Numbered from the stretch's first letter, positions 19,419 through 28,672 are shown. The stretch is DNA of 32,000 bases from an uncultured Chloroflexia bacterium (GCA_963704755.1 OY969938.1:210001-242000); one strand, 5' to 3'. Program-made: numbers and translations. Notes: generated from the letters alone by a model not told the origin.

Positions 19419-20180
19419 ATGAAAATTACAACCTGGAACGTCAATGGATTTCGTGCCGTGGTCACCAAAGGTTTTCACGAATGGGTGGGCCAGTCTGAAC
19501 CGGATGTCCTGTGCTTGCAAGAAATAAAAGCCAAGCCCGAGCAGGTGGCAGAAGATTTGAGATTGATCCCCGGCTATCAGGAATACTGGAACCCGGCCGA
19601 ACGACCTGGGTACAGCGGTGTGGCCAGCTATACCCGTGTCCAGCCGGTCCAGGTAGGATACGGATTGGACGACACCCGCTTCGACGATGAGGGCCGGGTG
19701 ATCTGGATGAAGTTCGAGAACTTCCGCCTTTTCAATATTTATTTCCCGAATGGTCAGCGCGGTAAGGAAAGGGTGGACTACAAGTTGGATTTTTACGCCC
19801 GGCTGCTGGATATTTGCGAAAATTTACACGCGGCCGGCGAGGCGGTGATCATTACAGGGGATTTTAATACTGCTCATAACGAAATCGACCTGGCTAACCC
19901 AAAGGAAAATTCCACCGTGTCCGGTTTCTTGCCAGAGGAACGGGCCTGGATCGATGTTTTTCTCAACCACGGGTTTCGCGACGTTTATCGCGATCTATAC
20001 CCCGATCGGGTGGAATATACCTGGTGGACTTATCGCTTCCGTGCCCGAGAGCGCAACATTGGCTGGCGTTTGGATTATTACCTGGTCTCCGATCATTTTG
20101 CGGACCACGTAAAAGATGTAGTCATATCGAATGATATATCAGGCTCAGACCACTGCCCGGTGAGTTTATTGATCGAATAG
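19419..20180 (+). CDS. xthA: Exodeoxyribonuclease III (AP endonuclease family 1)
   Basis: MKITTWNVNGFRA...LCLQEIK...GYSGVA...NIYFPNG...ITGDFNTAH..IDL...WTYR...GWRLDY...SDHCPV is the full ExoIII motif set. An alternative ATG lies at 19395. Confidence 0.9.
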   Translation: MKITTWNVNGFRAVVTKGFHEWVGQSEPDVLCLQEIKAKPEQVAEDLRLIPGYQEYWNPAERPGYSGVASYTRVQPVQVGYGLDDTRFDDEGRVIWMKFENFRLFNIYFPNGQRGKERVDYKLDFYARLLDICENLHAAGEAVIITGDFNTAHNEIDLANPKENSTVSGFLPEERAWIDVFLNHGFRDVYRDLYPDRVEYTWWTYRFRARERNIGWRLDYYLVSDHFADHVKDVVISNDISGSDHCPVSLLIE

Positions 20181-20183
20181 ACT

Positions 20184-20212
20184 TGCTACAACGGTTGGTT
20201 TTAGCTATACTT
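20184..20212 (+). promoter_or_regulatory. Candidate sigma70-type promoter (TTGCTA-17 nt-TATACT) for the NarL-type regulator
   Basis: The -35 TTGCTA is at 20184-20189, followed by an exact 17-nt spacer and the -10 TATACT at 20207-20212. The RBS AAGAGG and the ATG at 20235 follow. Confidence 0.45.
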
Positions 20213-20234
20213 TCGCTGGAGATAAGAGGTAAAA

Positions 20235-20888
20235 ATGGCAAAACAGCGGATCGTATTGGTAGATGACCATGAAGTAGTACGTTTAGGCCTTAAATCCTTG
20301 TTGGAACACCACCCGCAGTTCGAAGTCGTGGGAGAATTGGGGACGGCCAAGGATGCCGTTGAACAAGTTTCGCAGCTTCACCCGGATGTGGTTTTAATGG
20401 ATATCCGTCTGCCGGGAGCTTCTGGTATCGAAGCCTGCGAAGAGATCACTCAAAAATATCCAGAAACAAGAGTGATCATGCTTACCTCTTATGCGGAAGA
20501 CGAAATGCTGTTTTCTGCCATACGAGCCGGTGCTTCGGGCTATGTACTAAAACAAATTGGCGGTGAGGAACTGGTAAGGGCTATCGAAGCCGTCGGCCGG
20601 GGCGAGGCTTTGTTAGATCCGGCAGTTACTCAACGCGTATTTCAAGAGGTACGCCGGGCAGTTAAGGAAGAAGAAGCCCTGGCCTTTGCCAACCTCAGCC
20701 AGCAGGAGAAGCACGTCCTGCTGCTGGTATCAGAAGGGAAGACCAACCGCGAAATTGCCAAGGCGCTGTTCCTGGGCGAAGGTACTGTGCGTAATTACGT
20801 CAGCAGCATCCTCTCGAAGCTGGGCGTCAGCAATCGGGCAGAAGCGGCGGCTTATGCCGTGGAACATAACCTCAAGGAATATCTATAG
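20235..20888 (+). CDS. NarL/FixJ (LuxR-type HTH) family DNA-binding response regulator
   Basis: Receiver domain: [28 protein letters not shown]-terminal LuxR HTH: [51 protein letters not shown]. Confidence 0.9.
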   Translation: MAKQRIVLVDDHEVVRLGLKSLLEHHPQFEVVGELGTAKDAVEQVSQLHPDVVLMDIRLPGASGIEACEEITQKYPETRVIMLTSYAEDEMLFSAIRAGASGYVLKQIGGEELVRAIEAVGRGEALLDPAVTQRVFQEVRRAVKEEEALAFANLSQQEKHVLLLVSEGKTNREIAKALFLGEGTVRNYVSSILSKLGVSNRAEAAAYAVEHNLKEYL

Positions 20889-20989
20889 AACAAGCGATGA
20901 GAGAAAAGAGATAAGTGAATAGTGGCTGGGAATTAAGGTTGAATATTCCCTGAGGAAAAAATTATTATTTAGAACCTGGATCGAAATGA

Positions 20990-21015
20990 AAAAGCCCCGC
21001 ATTTGCGGGGCTTTT
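20990..21015. terminator. Bidirectional intrinsic terminator between convergent genes
   Basis: AAAAGCCCCGC-ATTT-GCGGGGCTTTT. The perfect GC-rich stem is flanked by A and T runs. Confidence 0.7.
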
Positions 21016-21037
21016 CGTATATACATAGAGATAATGG

Positions 21038-21880
21038 TCAAGAAACCAGGCTTTGCCAGGTCTTTTGCATCAACAATGAATCTTCTTCCATGACCGGGCT
21101 TTCGCACAGGACGCGGCCGCCACAATCTTTCTTGTGTAAGGCCTCGAAAAGGGCCTGCAAGTTGAAATCCGATTCGGATATAGGCAGGTGGTTGCGTTCG
21201 CCTTTTTCCGAGTACTCGATGCCGGACATGTGGATATGCAGATGGCCGAGCGCCTCAGAACCCAGGGCCTTTTCGTAGCGTTCGAGCAAATCCAGCCATT
21301 CGGCGAGGCTGTTCATGCTGCCATCCCCCGCCCGGGCGTGTAAATGGGCAAAATCCAGGCAAGGGATGACGCCAGGGATCTGGCTGCTCATGGCCAGGGT
21401 ATCCTCCAGTGATCCGAGCATGGCCGTTTTTCCCATGGTCTCCGGGCGCAGCGTAACCGGGTTGCCAGCCTCGCGCAGCTCATCGACGCAATTTTGCAGG
21501 CGAGGAAGAGCCACTTTGAGTACATCCTGCGGATCCTGGCCAAAATAGGAGCCGGGGTGGAAGATGATATCGGTGGCGCCGGCCAGGTTGCCATAATGGG
21601 CCGCGTCCATCAGGCGCTTGCGTGATTTAGGCCACTCGTCTTCATTCGCATTCAAATTGATGAAATAGGGCGCATGGACGCTGATGGACACATCCTGTTC
21701 CTGTCCAATTTGCCGGATTGCGGCGCAGGTCTCCTCGGAAACCCGGACGGATTGGACCCAGCCTAATTCGAGCGCACCCAGATTCAGGGCAGCAATTTGC
21801 TGAACGGCGCCAACACTGCCGCCGGGTTTCTTGGGGGTGGATATCGGCGAACCGACTGTTCCGAAGCGGAAATTTGCCAT
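21038..21880 (-). CDS. Endonuclease IV-like (AP endonuclease family 2 / xylose-isomerase-like TIM barrel) protein
   Basis: The order of putative metal-ligand motifs resembles Nfo: VHAPYFINL, IIFHPGS, LRPETMG, CLDFAHLHA, HIHMSGIEYSEKGERNHL, LCESP. A sugar-phosphate isomerase/epimerase of the same fold cannot be excluded. Confidence 0.55.
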   Translation of the reverse strand: MANFRFGTVGSPISTPKKPGGSVGAVQQIAALNLGALELGWVQSVRVSEETCAAIRQIGQEQDVSISVHAPYFINLNANEDEWPKSRKRLMDAAHYGNLAGATDIIFHPGSYFGQDPQDVLKVALPRLQNCVDELREAGNPVTLRPETMGKTAMLGSLEDTLAMSSQIPGVIPCLDFAHLHARAGDGSMNSLAEWLDLLERYEKALGSEALGHLHIHMSGIEYSEKGERNHLPISESDFNLQALFEALHKKDCGGRVLCESPVMEEDSLLMQKTWQSLVS

Positions 21881-21891
21881 GGCTTACTCCA

Positions 21892-22266
21892 TTATTTTCT
21901 GAACAAGTTGAAAATAGCAGGCAGAAACACTATCAACCCGACGATAACCGAGATAAAAGCTGTGACCAGAACGGCTGCTGCCCCGGCGTCTTTAGCGATC
22001 CGGGCGGTCGGATGGAACTGGGGGCTTACCAGATCGACCAACGCTTCTATGGCCGTGTTGACGATTTCCATGCTCCACACCAATCCAATTGAAATCGTGA
22101 TGGCGAGCCAGGATACCAGATTAATTTTCAGCACCAGCCCGGCTATGATGACCACGATGGTGAAAAACAAATGGATCCAGGCGTTCTTCTGGGTGACCAG
22201 CACAAAAACAAACCCGTCCCATGCGTGTTTGAAGGAGGGTCCACGGCCGTTCAAGAAAGCAAACAT
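21892..22266 (-). CDS. dgkA: Diacylglycerol kinase / undecaprenol kinase family protein
   Basis: A 124-aa protein with three TM helices and the motifs FKHAWDG...QKNAWIH...WSMEIVNTAIEALVDLVSP..H..A...KD.GAAAVL. Confidence 0.85.
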   Translation of the reverse strand: MFAFLNGRGPSFKHAWDGFVFVLVTQKNAWIHLFFTIVVIIAGLVLKINLVSWLAITISIGLVWSMEIVNTAIEALVDLVSPQFHPTARIAKDAGAAAVLVTAFISVIVGLIVFLPAIFNLFRK

Positions 22267-22270
22267 AAAG

Positions 22271-22729
22271 CTAATTCTCGGGTAACTGGTTGATTACGCA
22301 GCCGATTTGGTCCAAAATTTCTGCCTGTATGGCCCACATTTCCTCCTTTTGGGCCGGCTCAGCGTGATCGTAACCGAGCAGGTGCAGGGTCCCATGGATC
22401 ACTAACAATTGTAACTCGTTGTTGACCGGATGGCCGGCTGTTTCGGCCTGGGCGGCTGCACGGGGGAACGAAATCATAATATCGCCAATATAGCGAAATT
22501 GTTCGTCCGGGTCAAATTCGTCGGCCGGGAAAGAAAGAACATCGGTGGGGGTGTCCACTTCACGGTATTGGCGGTTGAGCTCTTGAATGGCTTCGTCAGA
22601 ATCGACCATGATGCTCAACTCGACCTGCTCATCGGGGATTTCATGCTGGAGCACGGCTTCGGCAGCCCGGATCAATTTGTCAGGGTAGAACATGCCGTCG
22701 TATTGGGCAGATAGCTGGAAATTAACCAT
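22271..22729 (-). CDS. ybeY: rRNA maturation RNase YbeY
   Basis: TDVLSFP and the zinc-binding HGTLHLLGYDH motif. The ATG at 22729 overlaps the upstream stop by 8 nt. The track ORF extension to 22876 lies inside the upstream gene. Confidence 0.9.
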   Translation of the reverse strand: MVNFQLSAQYDGMFYPDKLIRAAEAVLQHEIPDEQVELSIMVDSDEAIQELNRQYREVDTPTDVLSFPADEFDPDEQFRYIGDIMISFPRAAAQAETAGHPVNNELQLLVIHGTLHLLGYDHAEPAQKEEMWAIQAEILDQIGCVINQLPEN

Positions 22730-24902
22730 TGGTATGGCCTGTAGTTTCGGGAGTGGGTTTTTCAGTCGCCGGGCGGGTAGCGGGGCTGATTGTTTGAGAG
22801 GCTGCCGCGTTGTTTTTGGATGGAACCTGCGGGTAAAGGATCCGCGGGTGGTAAGTATTGCGCAGGGTATTGACAAAGGATTCAGTGATTTTCTGAAAAT
22901 CCCGCAAGGTCAGGGTGGTGTTGTCTAACTGGCCTTCCTTCTGGCAGAATTCGATCACACTGCGAATGATCCTGCGCAACTCGTCTTCGTCCTTGGGCAG
23001 TTCAGCGCGGGCACGAGCTTCGACGCCATCGGCCAGCATGAGCAAGGCAGTCTCACGCGAGCGGGGAGCAGGGCCTGGGTAGCGGAAGTTTTCGATATCC
23101 ACTTTATCGGGGTCATTGCCCGCTGCTTTGACAGCCTGGGCATATTGATAGCGAGTCACCATAGTGCCGTGGTGTTCGCGAATGAAGTCCTGAATCCGGG
23201 ATGGAAGATGATATTTTCGCGCCAGGTTTACACCTTCATTAACATGGCGAATAATGATCTGGGCCGAATCTTCTGGCTTTAACTCATCGTGGGAATCGAT
23301 TTTGCCCTGGACCTGGTTTTCGATGAAAAAGGAAGGGTTCAAGGATTTGCCGGCATCGTGGTAAGTGGCGCCGGCGCGGGTTAATAAAGCGTCGGCACCG
23401 ATCGCTTCCGCAGCTTGTTCGGCCAGATTGGCGACTTGCAGCGAATGCTGGTACGAACCCGGCATAGTACGCAAAAGTTGCTGTAACAAGGGGTGGTCTG
23501 GGCGGAGCAAATCCATCAACTGCAAAGCCGTGGTTTCGCCGAGGAGCTGGGAGGTGAGGAATTGTAACAGCAGCGCAAGGCTGGCCGAAGCCAGGCCATT
23601 CAAGAAAGAAGCTCCGATTAAGGTGGCAATACCGATCCAATCGGTGACCGTATCGGTCAGGCGATAGGCTAAAATCACTGCACTACCGGAAACACCGATG
23701 GCAATACCGGCCCAGAAGAAACTGGCGATGCGGCGCCCCTTACCCAGAACCAGGATGCCGACCAGGTTGGTGAGGATATAGAAGATGGTTAAATCCAGGC
23801 TGTTCGAAATCCCATAAGCAGTCAAAATCGAAAGAACGAGTGGGAAAACCATCCCCACTTCCAGCCCATACAAGCTGGCTACCGTCAGACCAAAGGCGGC
23901 CAACGGGAACATATAAGGCAGGATGGTGCGGTTAGGAATGAAGGCTTTGGCTGCGTAAAGGAACAGGATAAAGGTCACCGACATGAACAGCAAGCCTTTG
24001 AGACTGTCCAGCATGCGCACGCGCCGTTGAGAGAAGTAAAGCCCAATAAATACCGCCATAAGCCCGACCAGGGACACCGAGGCCCAAATCTCGGATTGCT
24101 GGTTGTTCTGGCTGATAAGGCCGTATTGGTCCAGGGCTTCATAAATCAGCGAATTGATAATCTGGCCGCGGCGGACGATGGTTTCGCCCGCCAGGAAAGA
24201 GCGGGTGACCGGTTGAATCGCATCAGCCGCCGCCTGGCGTGCCTGGTCAGTTTGTTCCTGGCTGAACAGGCTGTTGGCCGCCACAAAAGGCGTCACGATC
24301 GAGGTCACGATCGTGGCTTCGTCGTCGGATAAGCTGAAGCTGATAAAGGTGGGCACACTCCGGCGGGCATCGGCCACCTGATCATCGCGGATCGAGCGGC
24401 GCATCACCTGTTCCATAACCGAAAGGGATTCTTGCTGGATGGTCTGCCAGTGGCTGTCGCTCAAATTGAGGATGGCATTGGAGGTGTCCTGGTCAAACTG
24501 GACGTACTCCATTTTCATTAAATCGCCCAGTTTTTGATCCAGAGTCGCAAATGAATCGAAGCGCACGGCTGTGATGTAATTAAGTGAAACTCGTAATTTT
24601 TCAATTTGCTGGCGAGTAATCGAAGGGTCGGTAGGAAGATAGACCGGATCTACTTTATTCTGCGCGTCCTGTTTCGCCTGATCGGTTAATTCCTGGCTGG
24701 TATAGGTCAGGCTGCGGGGCGCTTGAATGTCCTGGTCGGCGACATCCCCAACTTGTAATGGCGAAAGGGAAGGGCGGATCGCAATGGGGAAGGCTAATGC
24801 CCCCCAGGCAAGCAAGCTGCAACCGACCAACAGCACGACCCTGAAAATGATCCGGGCAGTGGAATCTTTGATTTCTCTACCGAGCAAATTCTTGGCCATC
24901 AT
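22722..24902 (-). CDS. 7TM-receptor / HD (HDIG) domain membrane phosphohydrolase, PgpH/YqfF-like (cyclic-di-AMP phosphodiesterase family)
   Basis: The protein has an N-terminal TM helix plus an extracellular domain, then about 7 TM helices, then a C-terminal HD domain (SYQHSLQVANLAE...ATYHDAGK...IIRHV...FIREHHGT...LLMLADGVEA). Its position in a yqeY-pgpH-ybeY-dgkA block is conserved in many bacteria. Confidence 0.85.
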   Translation of the reverse strand: MMAKNLLGREIKDSTARIIFRVVLLVGCSLLAWGALAFPIAIRPSLSPLQVGDVADQDIQAPRSLTYTSQELTDQAKQDAQNKVDPVYLPTDPSITRQQIEKLRVSLNYITAVRFDSFATLDQKLGDLMKMEYVQFDQDTSNAILNLSDSHWQTIQQESLSVMEQVMRRSIRDDQVADARRSVPTFISFSLSDDEATIVTSIVTPFVAANSLFSQEQTDQARQAAADAIQPVTRSFLAGETIVRRGQIINSLIYEALDQYGLISQNNQQSEIWASVSLVGLMAVFIGLYFSQRRVRMLDSLKGLLFMSVTFILFLYAAKAFIPNRTILPYMFPLAAFGLTVASLYGLEVGMVFPLVLSILTAYGISNSLDLTIFYILTNLVGILVLGKGRRIASFFWAGIAIGVSGSAVILAYRLTDTVTDWIGIATLIGASFLNGLASASLALLLQFLTSQLLGETTALQLMDLLRPDHPLLQQLLRTMPGSYQHSLQVANLAEQAAEAIGADALLTRAGATYHDAGKSLNPSFFIENQVQGKIDSHDELKPEDSAQIIIRHVNEGVNLARKYHLPSRIQDFIREHHGTMVTRYQYAQAVKAAGNDPDKVDIENFRYPGPAPRSRETALLMLADGVEARARAELPKDEDELRRIIRSVIEFCQKEGQLDNTTLTLRDFQKITESFVNTLRNTYHPRILYPQVPSKNNAAASQTISPATRPATEKPTPETTGHTNG

Positions 24903-25354
24903 GAACTCGCCAGGATGTCCCTCACCATTTTGCTGACTTTATCTCCGGGAGCTCGCCCCTGAATTTTCGGCATGAGTGCTTTCATGACCACACCGGTACC
25001 GGCCGGGCCGCTCGCGCCAGTTTCGGCGATGATCGTTTTGATCATGGATGCCAATTCTTCATCGCCGATTTGTTTGGGCAAAAAATCTTCAAGGATAGCT
25101 ATTTCTGCCAGGGGCTGCTGAGTTAAATCCTCTCGGTGAGCTTGTTGCGCGCCTTCCAGGGATTCACGGCGGATTTTGATCTCTTTTTGGATCAAGCTCA
25201 AAATAGTTGGGTCGTCCAGGGCGGCGCCTTTTTCTATTTCAGCGAACTTAATGCTTGCCAGCAGCAGGCGGTAGGTGCGTTTGCGATCCTCGTCCCCACT
25301 TTTCATGGCGTCTTTTAAACCGGTCTCAATTTGTTTGCGAAGTTCCATGGACAT
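24899..25354 (-). CDS. GatB/YqeY domain-containing protein
   Basis: LKDAMKSGDEDRKRTYRLLLASIKFAEIEKG...EDFLPKQIGDEELASMIKTIIAETGASGPAGTGVVMKALMPKIQGRAPGDKVSKMV is a typical YqeY sequence. Its stop overlaps the downstream start (ATGA). Confidence 0.85.
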   Translation of the reverse strand: MSMELRKQIETGLKDAMKSGDEDRKRTYRLLLASIKFAEIEKGAALDDPTILSLIQKEIKIRRESLEGAQQAHREDLTQQPLAEIAILEDFLPKQIGDEELASMIKTIIAETGASGPAGTGVVMKALMPKIQGRAPGDKVSKMVRDILASS

Positions 25355-25368
25355 TAACCTTTTTGCAT

Positions 25369-25941
25369 TTACGAATCAACCGTGATGTAGTCTTTGATCT
25401 GATCAAAGATGCCCTCACCGATACCGGGGACATTCATGATTTCATCTATTGTATCAAATGCGCCATTTTTCTGCCGGTAAGCAATGATATCCTCGGCCCG
25501 GCCCTCGCCGATACCCGGCAATGACGACAGTTCAACCGTACCGGCGGTGTTGATGTTGATCGGATAGCTGCCGGTAGCCCGAGCAACGGGGACCGGCGTT
25601 TCACCAATGGAAGGCACATAAAGCTGCTGCCCATCTGTGAGCAAACTGGCCAGGTTGAGGTTAGCGACCTGCGCCTGAGGACTTACCCCACCGGCAGCGG
25701 CAAGCGCGTCGGCAACCCGGCTGCCCGGAGCGAGTTCGTATAGTCCCGGTTTCGCAACACTTCCGGTAACATCGACCAGCAAGCCACCCGGGGTGGCGGA
25801 GGGGAGCAATGCGATGGGGGTTCCCGCCGGGCGGTCCGTGAGGATCAAGATCAATGCGGACAGGAGCAGCCCAATCAAAACACCTGCTGTAATGATCAGG
25901 ATTGGCCGGAGAGGTTGGGGCGATGCTGGCTGCGAATCCAT
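25369..25941 (-). CDS. comEA: ComEA-family helix-hairpin-helix DNA-binding (competence) protein
   Basis: An N-terminal TM anchor, a SLBB-like segment (VDVTGSVAKPGLYELAPGSRVADALAAAGG), and two C-terminal HhH motifs (ININTAGTVELSSLPGIGEGRAEDIIAYR...IDEIMNVPGIGEGIFDQIK). I preferred the ATG at 25941 because the candidate promoter lies downstream of the track start at 25983. Confidence 0.8.
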   Translation of the reverse strand: MDSQPASPQPLRPILIITAGVLIGLLLSALILILTDRPAGTPIALLPSATPGGLLVDVTGSVAKPGLYELAPGSRVADALAAAGGVSPQAQVANLNLASLLTDGQQLYVPSIGETPVPVARATGSYPININTAGTVELSSLPGIGEGRAEDIIAYRQKNGAFDTIDEIMNVPGIGEGIFDQIKDYITVDS

Positions 25942-25965
25942 AAGGCTACACTCAATTTTGATACC

Positions 25966-25993
25966 AGTATAACCGTACTGCAACGGCCGTCAA
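25966..25993 (-). promoter_or_regulatory. Candidate sigma70-type promoter (TTGACG-16 nt-TATACT) for comEA and downstream genes
   Basis: The minus strand reads CTTGACGGCCGTTGCAGTACGGTTATACTGG. The -35 is at 25988-25993 and the -10 at 25966-25971. Confidence 0.45.
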
Positions 25994-26002
25994 GACAATC
26001 AA

Positions 26003-26039
26003 ATGGGCGTGTTGAAAAGTTGCTTTTCAACACGCCCAT
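26003..26039 (-). terminator. Intrinsic terminator-like hairpin downstream of the DUF1385 gene
   Basis: A perfect 17-bp inverted repeat ATGGGCGTGTTGAAAAG-TTG-CTTTTCAACACGCCCAT. On the minus strand it is followed by TTTGATTG, a short U-tract. Confidence 0.55.
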
Positions 26040-26096
26040 GATTAACCAGGCGAATTACTTTCGTGGATTCTCTAACGGAAATATCTCGAAAACAAA

Positions 26097-27041
26097 TCAA
26101 GCAGCATTACTGCCGGCTGATTCTTTGACCGGCTGGAAAGATCCTTCTTGAGCTTCGGAAAGTTCCTGCTCCTGGGCGTACATGGCATTGAAGGCAGCAA
26201 TACCAATTTCGAGGATATCCAGGGAAGGCTCACGGGTGGTCAACGACTGGAGGGCCAGGTTGGGTTTGATCATCCAGCGGATCAGGGATGAATCCAGGTG
26301 GTTGGCGGTAAAGCGAATGTATTCGTAGGCCAGCATGGCCAGGACCGGGATCAAAACGATTCGAGAAAGGAGCAGCCAACCCCAAGGTAACTGGCCAACC
26401 AGGGCAAAGACCAAAATGGAGATGATCACCAGGGTCAGCAGAAAGGAGGTTCCGCAGCGGGGGTGGGCCAGGGGAAATCGTTTGACGCTTTCGGGTGTCA
26501 GCTCGGCGCCGGCTTCGAATGCGTTGATGGTTTTGTGTTCGGCGCCATGATAGGCAAATACTCTTTGGATATCCTGCATTCGGCCGATGCCCCAGATGTA
26601 TAAGACGATACCGGCCAGCCGGATAACGCCTTCGATGAGGTTCATCGCCAGGGCCGAGACGCCGGTCATACCCTGGATCCATTTACCCAGGGCGGCCGGG
26701 ATGAGGAAGAAAATGGCTACGGCAAAAACGAGTGAGCCGGCCAGGGTCAGGTACAATGCCGGCCCCTCGAGTTTTTCCTCTTCGCCGGTCTGAACGTTCG
26801 CGGAGCGGGTGAGGTAACGGGTGCCCAGGCCGAGCGAATCCCACAACATGACCAGCCCTCGTAAAAAAGGAATACGGGTGATGTTGCTTTTGTAAATACC
26901 GCCTAATTCCTCTTTGTCAACGACGATATCGCCTTCGGGCGTCCGGTAGGCGGCGGCCATACCAAACTTACCGCGCATCAAGACGCCTTCGATCAATGCC
27001 TGCCCGCCGTATGAGGGCAATTTCAATTTATCAGTGCTCAT
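26097..27041 (-). CDS. DUF1385 domain-containing membrane protein
   Basis: YGGQALIEGVLMRG...IPFLRG...YHGAEHKTINAFE...HPRCGTSFL are the hallmark DUF1385 motifs, with several TM helices. Confidence 0.85.
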   Translation of the reverse strand: MSTDKLKLPSYGGQALIEGVLMRGKFGMAAAYRTPEGDIVVDKEELGGIYKSNITRIPFLRGLVMLWDSLGLGTRYLTRSANVQTGEEEKLEGPALYLTLAGSLVFAVAIFFLIPAALGKWIQGMTGVSALAMNLIEGVIRLAGIVLYIWGIGRMQDIQRVFAYHGAEHKTINAFEAGAELTPESVKRFPLAHPRCGTSFLLTLVIISILVFALVGQLPWGWLLLSRIVLIPVLAMLAYEYIRFTANHLDSSLIRWMIKPNLALQSLTTREPSLDILEIGIAAFNAMYAQEQELSEAQEGSFQPVKESAGSNAA

Positions 27042-27050
27042 AGCTTGCCT

Positions 27051-28450
27051 TTATCCTGATTTATGGTCGGTTTCAGAGTAATTGTAGAAGAAGTGGATCA
27101 GCGAGTCGATGCCCCGGTACCAGGTGGGTAAATGCAGTTTTTCGTTAGGCGCATGAATGTTGTCGTCGGTCAGTCCGAAACCGGTCAGGACCGAATCGAC
27201 GTCGAGAATACGCTGCATATCGTTGACAATCGGTACCGATCCGCCCTCGCGCTTGAGCAGGGGCTGCATCCCCCAAACGGTTTCCAGGCCCTTGGACATG
27301 GCCCTGGTCGCCGGGTGCTCAATATCCGAAATGGATGCCGCGCCGGAAGCGTACTGGATAATTTCCCAGCGGATGGTATCCGGTGCGTTTTGTTCCATAT
27401 AGGTTCGTAATTGTTGATACACTTCAGCCGGGTCTTGATCCGGCACCAGGCGCATGGATATTTTCGCCATGGCCCAGGCGGGAATGACCGTTTTCGAGCC
27501 GGCGCCGGTGAAACCGGAATATAAGCCGCATACATCCAACGTCGGTTGAGCGCCGATCCGCTCGACCGGCAGGTATTGGCTCTCGCCGTACAATTTCTTC
27601 ACGCCGGTCTGGTCCAGGTAGAACTGCTCGTCCATCGGCAAGCGCTGGAGCGCTTCGTGTTCTGCCGGTGTAATTTTGCGGACCTTATCGTAAAAGCCGG
27701 GCAGGAGGATGTGCCCTTCCTGATCGTGCATACCGGCGACCAGTTCGCAGAGTGCCTGGGCCGGGTTGTGGACCACACCGCCAAAAACACCCGAGTGCAG
27801 GTCATGGCTCGGGCCATAAACGCGGATCTCGAAATAGGCCAGGCCACGCAATGCATAGGTGATCGTCGGAGCGTCGGCCGAGATCATGCCGGTGTCGGGG
27901 TTGAGGCAAACATCGCAGGCCAACAGGTCAGCATGAGATTCGATGAATGGCGGCAGATCGGGGGAGCCGATTTCTTCCTCGCCCTCGATCAAGAATTTGA
28001 AGTTGAGCGGGGATTCGCCGGATTAAGCACGGCCTCGATAGCGTTGAGGCTGGCGATGACCTGGCCTTTCATGTCAGAAGCGCCGCGGGCATACAGATTT
28101 TCACCTTTGATGGTGGGCTCGAAAGGCTCAGTCTTCCAGAGATCGAGCGGCTCGACCGGTTGGACGTCATAATGACCGTAAACCAGGACGGTCGGTTTGT
28201 CGGATCCGGGTAGGATGTAATCGCCATAAACGATAGGATGGCCGGCAGTCGGATAAATCGTAACGTTATTTATCCCGATTGTTTTCAAACGCCGGGCGAT
28301 CCATTCGGCAGTTTTTTGCATATCGACGGCATGATCGGGATCAGTCGAAATGGAAGGGATGCGGACCAGGTCGTTAAGTGTTTCTAAAAAGGCATCGTGT
28401 TGTTCGGCGGCGTAGGCAAGCGCTTTTTCGCGGTTGGTCATGAAAATCAA
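27051..28450 (-). pseudogene. M20-family dipeptidase / ArgE-DapE-ACY1-CPG2-type metallopeptidase, split by one single-base frameshift near 28021
   Basis: ORF 27989..28450 carries LVRIPSISTDP...VLVYGHYDVQP...LYARGASDMKGQ. ORF 27051..27992, read a little further upstream in its own frame, carries GESPLNFKFLIEGEEEIGSP...HSGVFGG...APNEKLHL. Together they form one colinear M20 protein. The frames switch at AVLN|(S)GESPL, and one extra base near 28021-28023 (e.g. AATCC to AATTCC on the coding strand) would restore the frame. The start is TTG at 28450 or ATG at 28441. Confidence 0.8.
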
Positions 28451-28589
28451 TGCTCCTGTTGAATTAATTCCACCGGGTTGTTTATTTTGGGCAAAGCCGA
28501 CTTCTGTGAGTAAACCTCAAAATGGAACTTGCTGTTGATTATATGCCAAATGCTTTTTCGGGGCAAAAATCAGCCTGAGGCCGGGTGGT

Positions 28590-28606
28590 TTATCCTTGAA
28601 GGATAA
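28590..28606. promoter_or_regulatory. 17-nt perfect palindrome (TTATCCTT-G-AAGGATAA), a candidate transcription-factor operator in a divergent intergenic region
   Basis: The 8-bp arms are seen directly. The palindrome lies between the M20 peptidase gene and the ssnA-like leader, about 25 nt upstream of the candidate -35. Confidence 0.3.
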
Positions 28607-28629
28607 GTTCGCTTAGTAAATCTCTCGAA

Positions 28630-28663
28630 TTGGATGCTCTTACCGATCAGTTTATGCTAAAAT
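28630..28663 (+). promoter_or_regulatory. Candidate promoter of the ssnA-like leader
   Basis: TTGGAT (28630-35)-17 nt-TATGCT (28653-58). This overlaps an extended -10-like TGCTAAAAT at 28655-28663. Confidence 0.4.
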
Positions 28664-28672
28664 AGATGCACA

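Noticed and set aside
22730-22876. Longer ybeY ORF starting at 22876
   Set aside because: The extra 49 codons lie inside the 3' end of the PgpH-like gene and are Arg/Pro/Thr-rich with no YbeY similarity. The ATG at 22729 gives a standard-length YbeY.
27546-28172. 208-aa plus-strand ORF spanning the M20 peptidase frameshift site
   Set aside because: It is antisense to both M20 fragments, which together give a colinear peptidase. Its translation has no family features.
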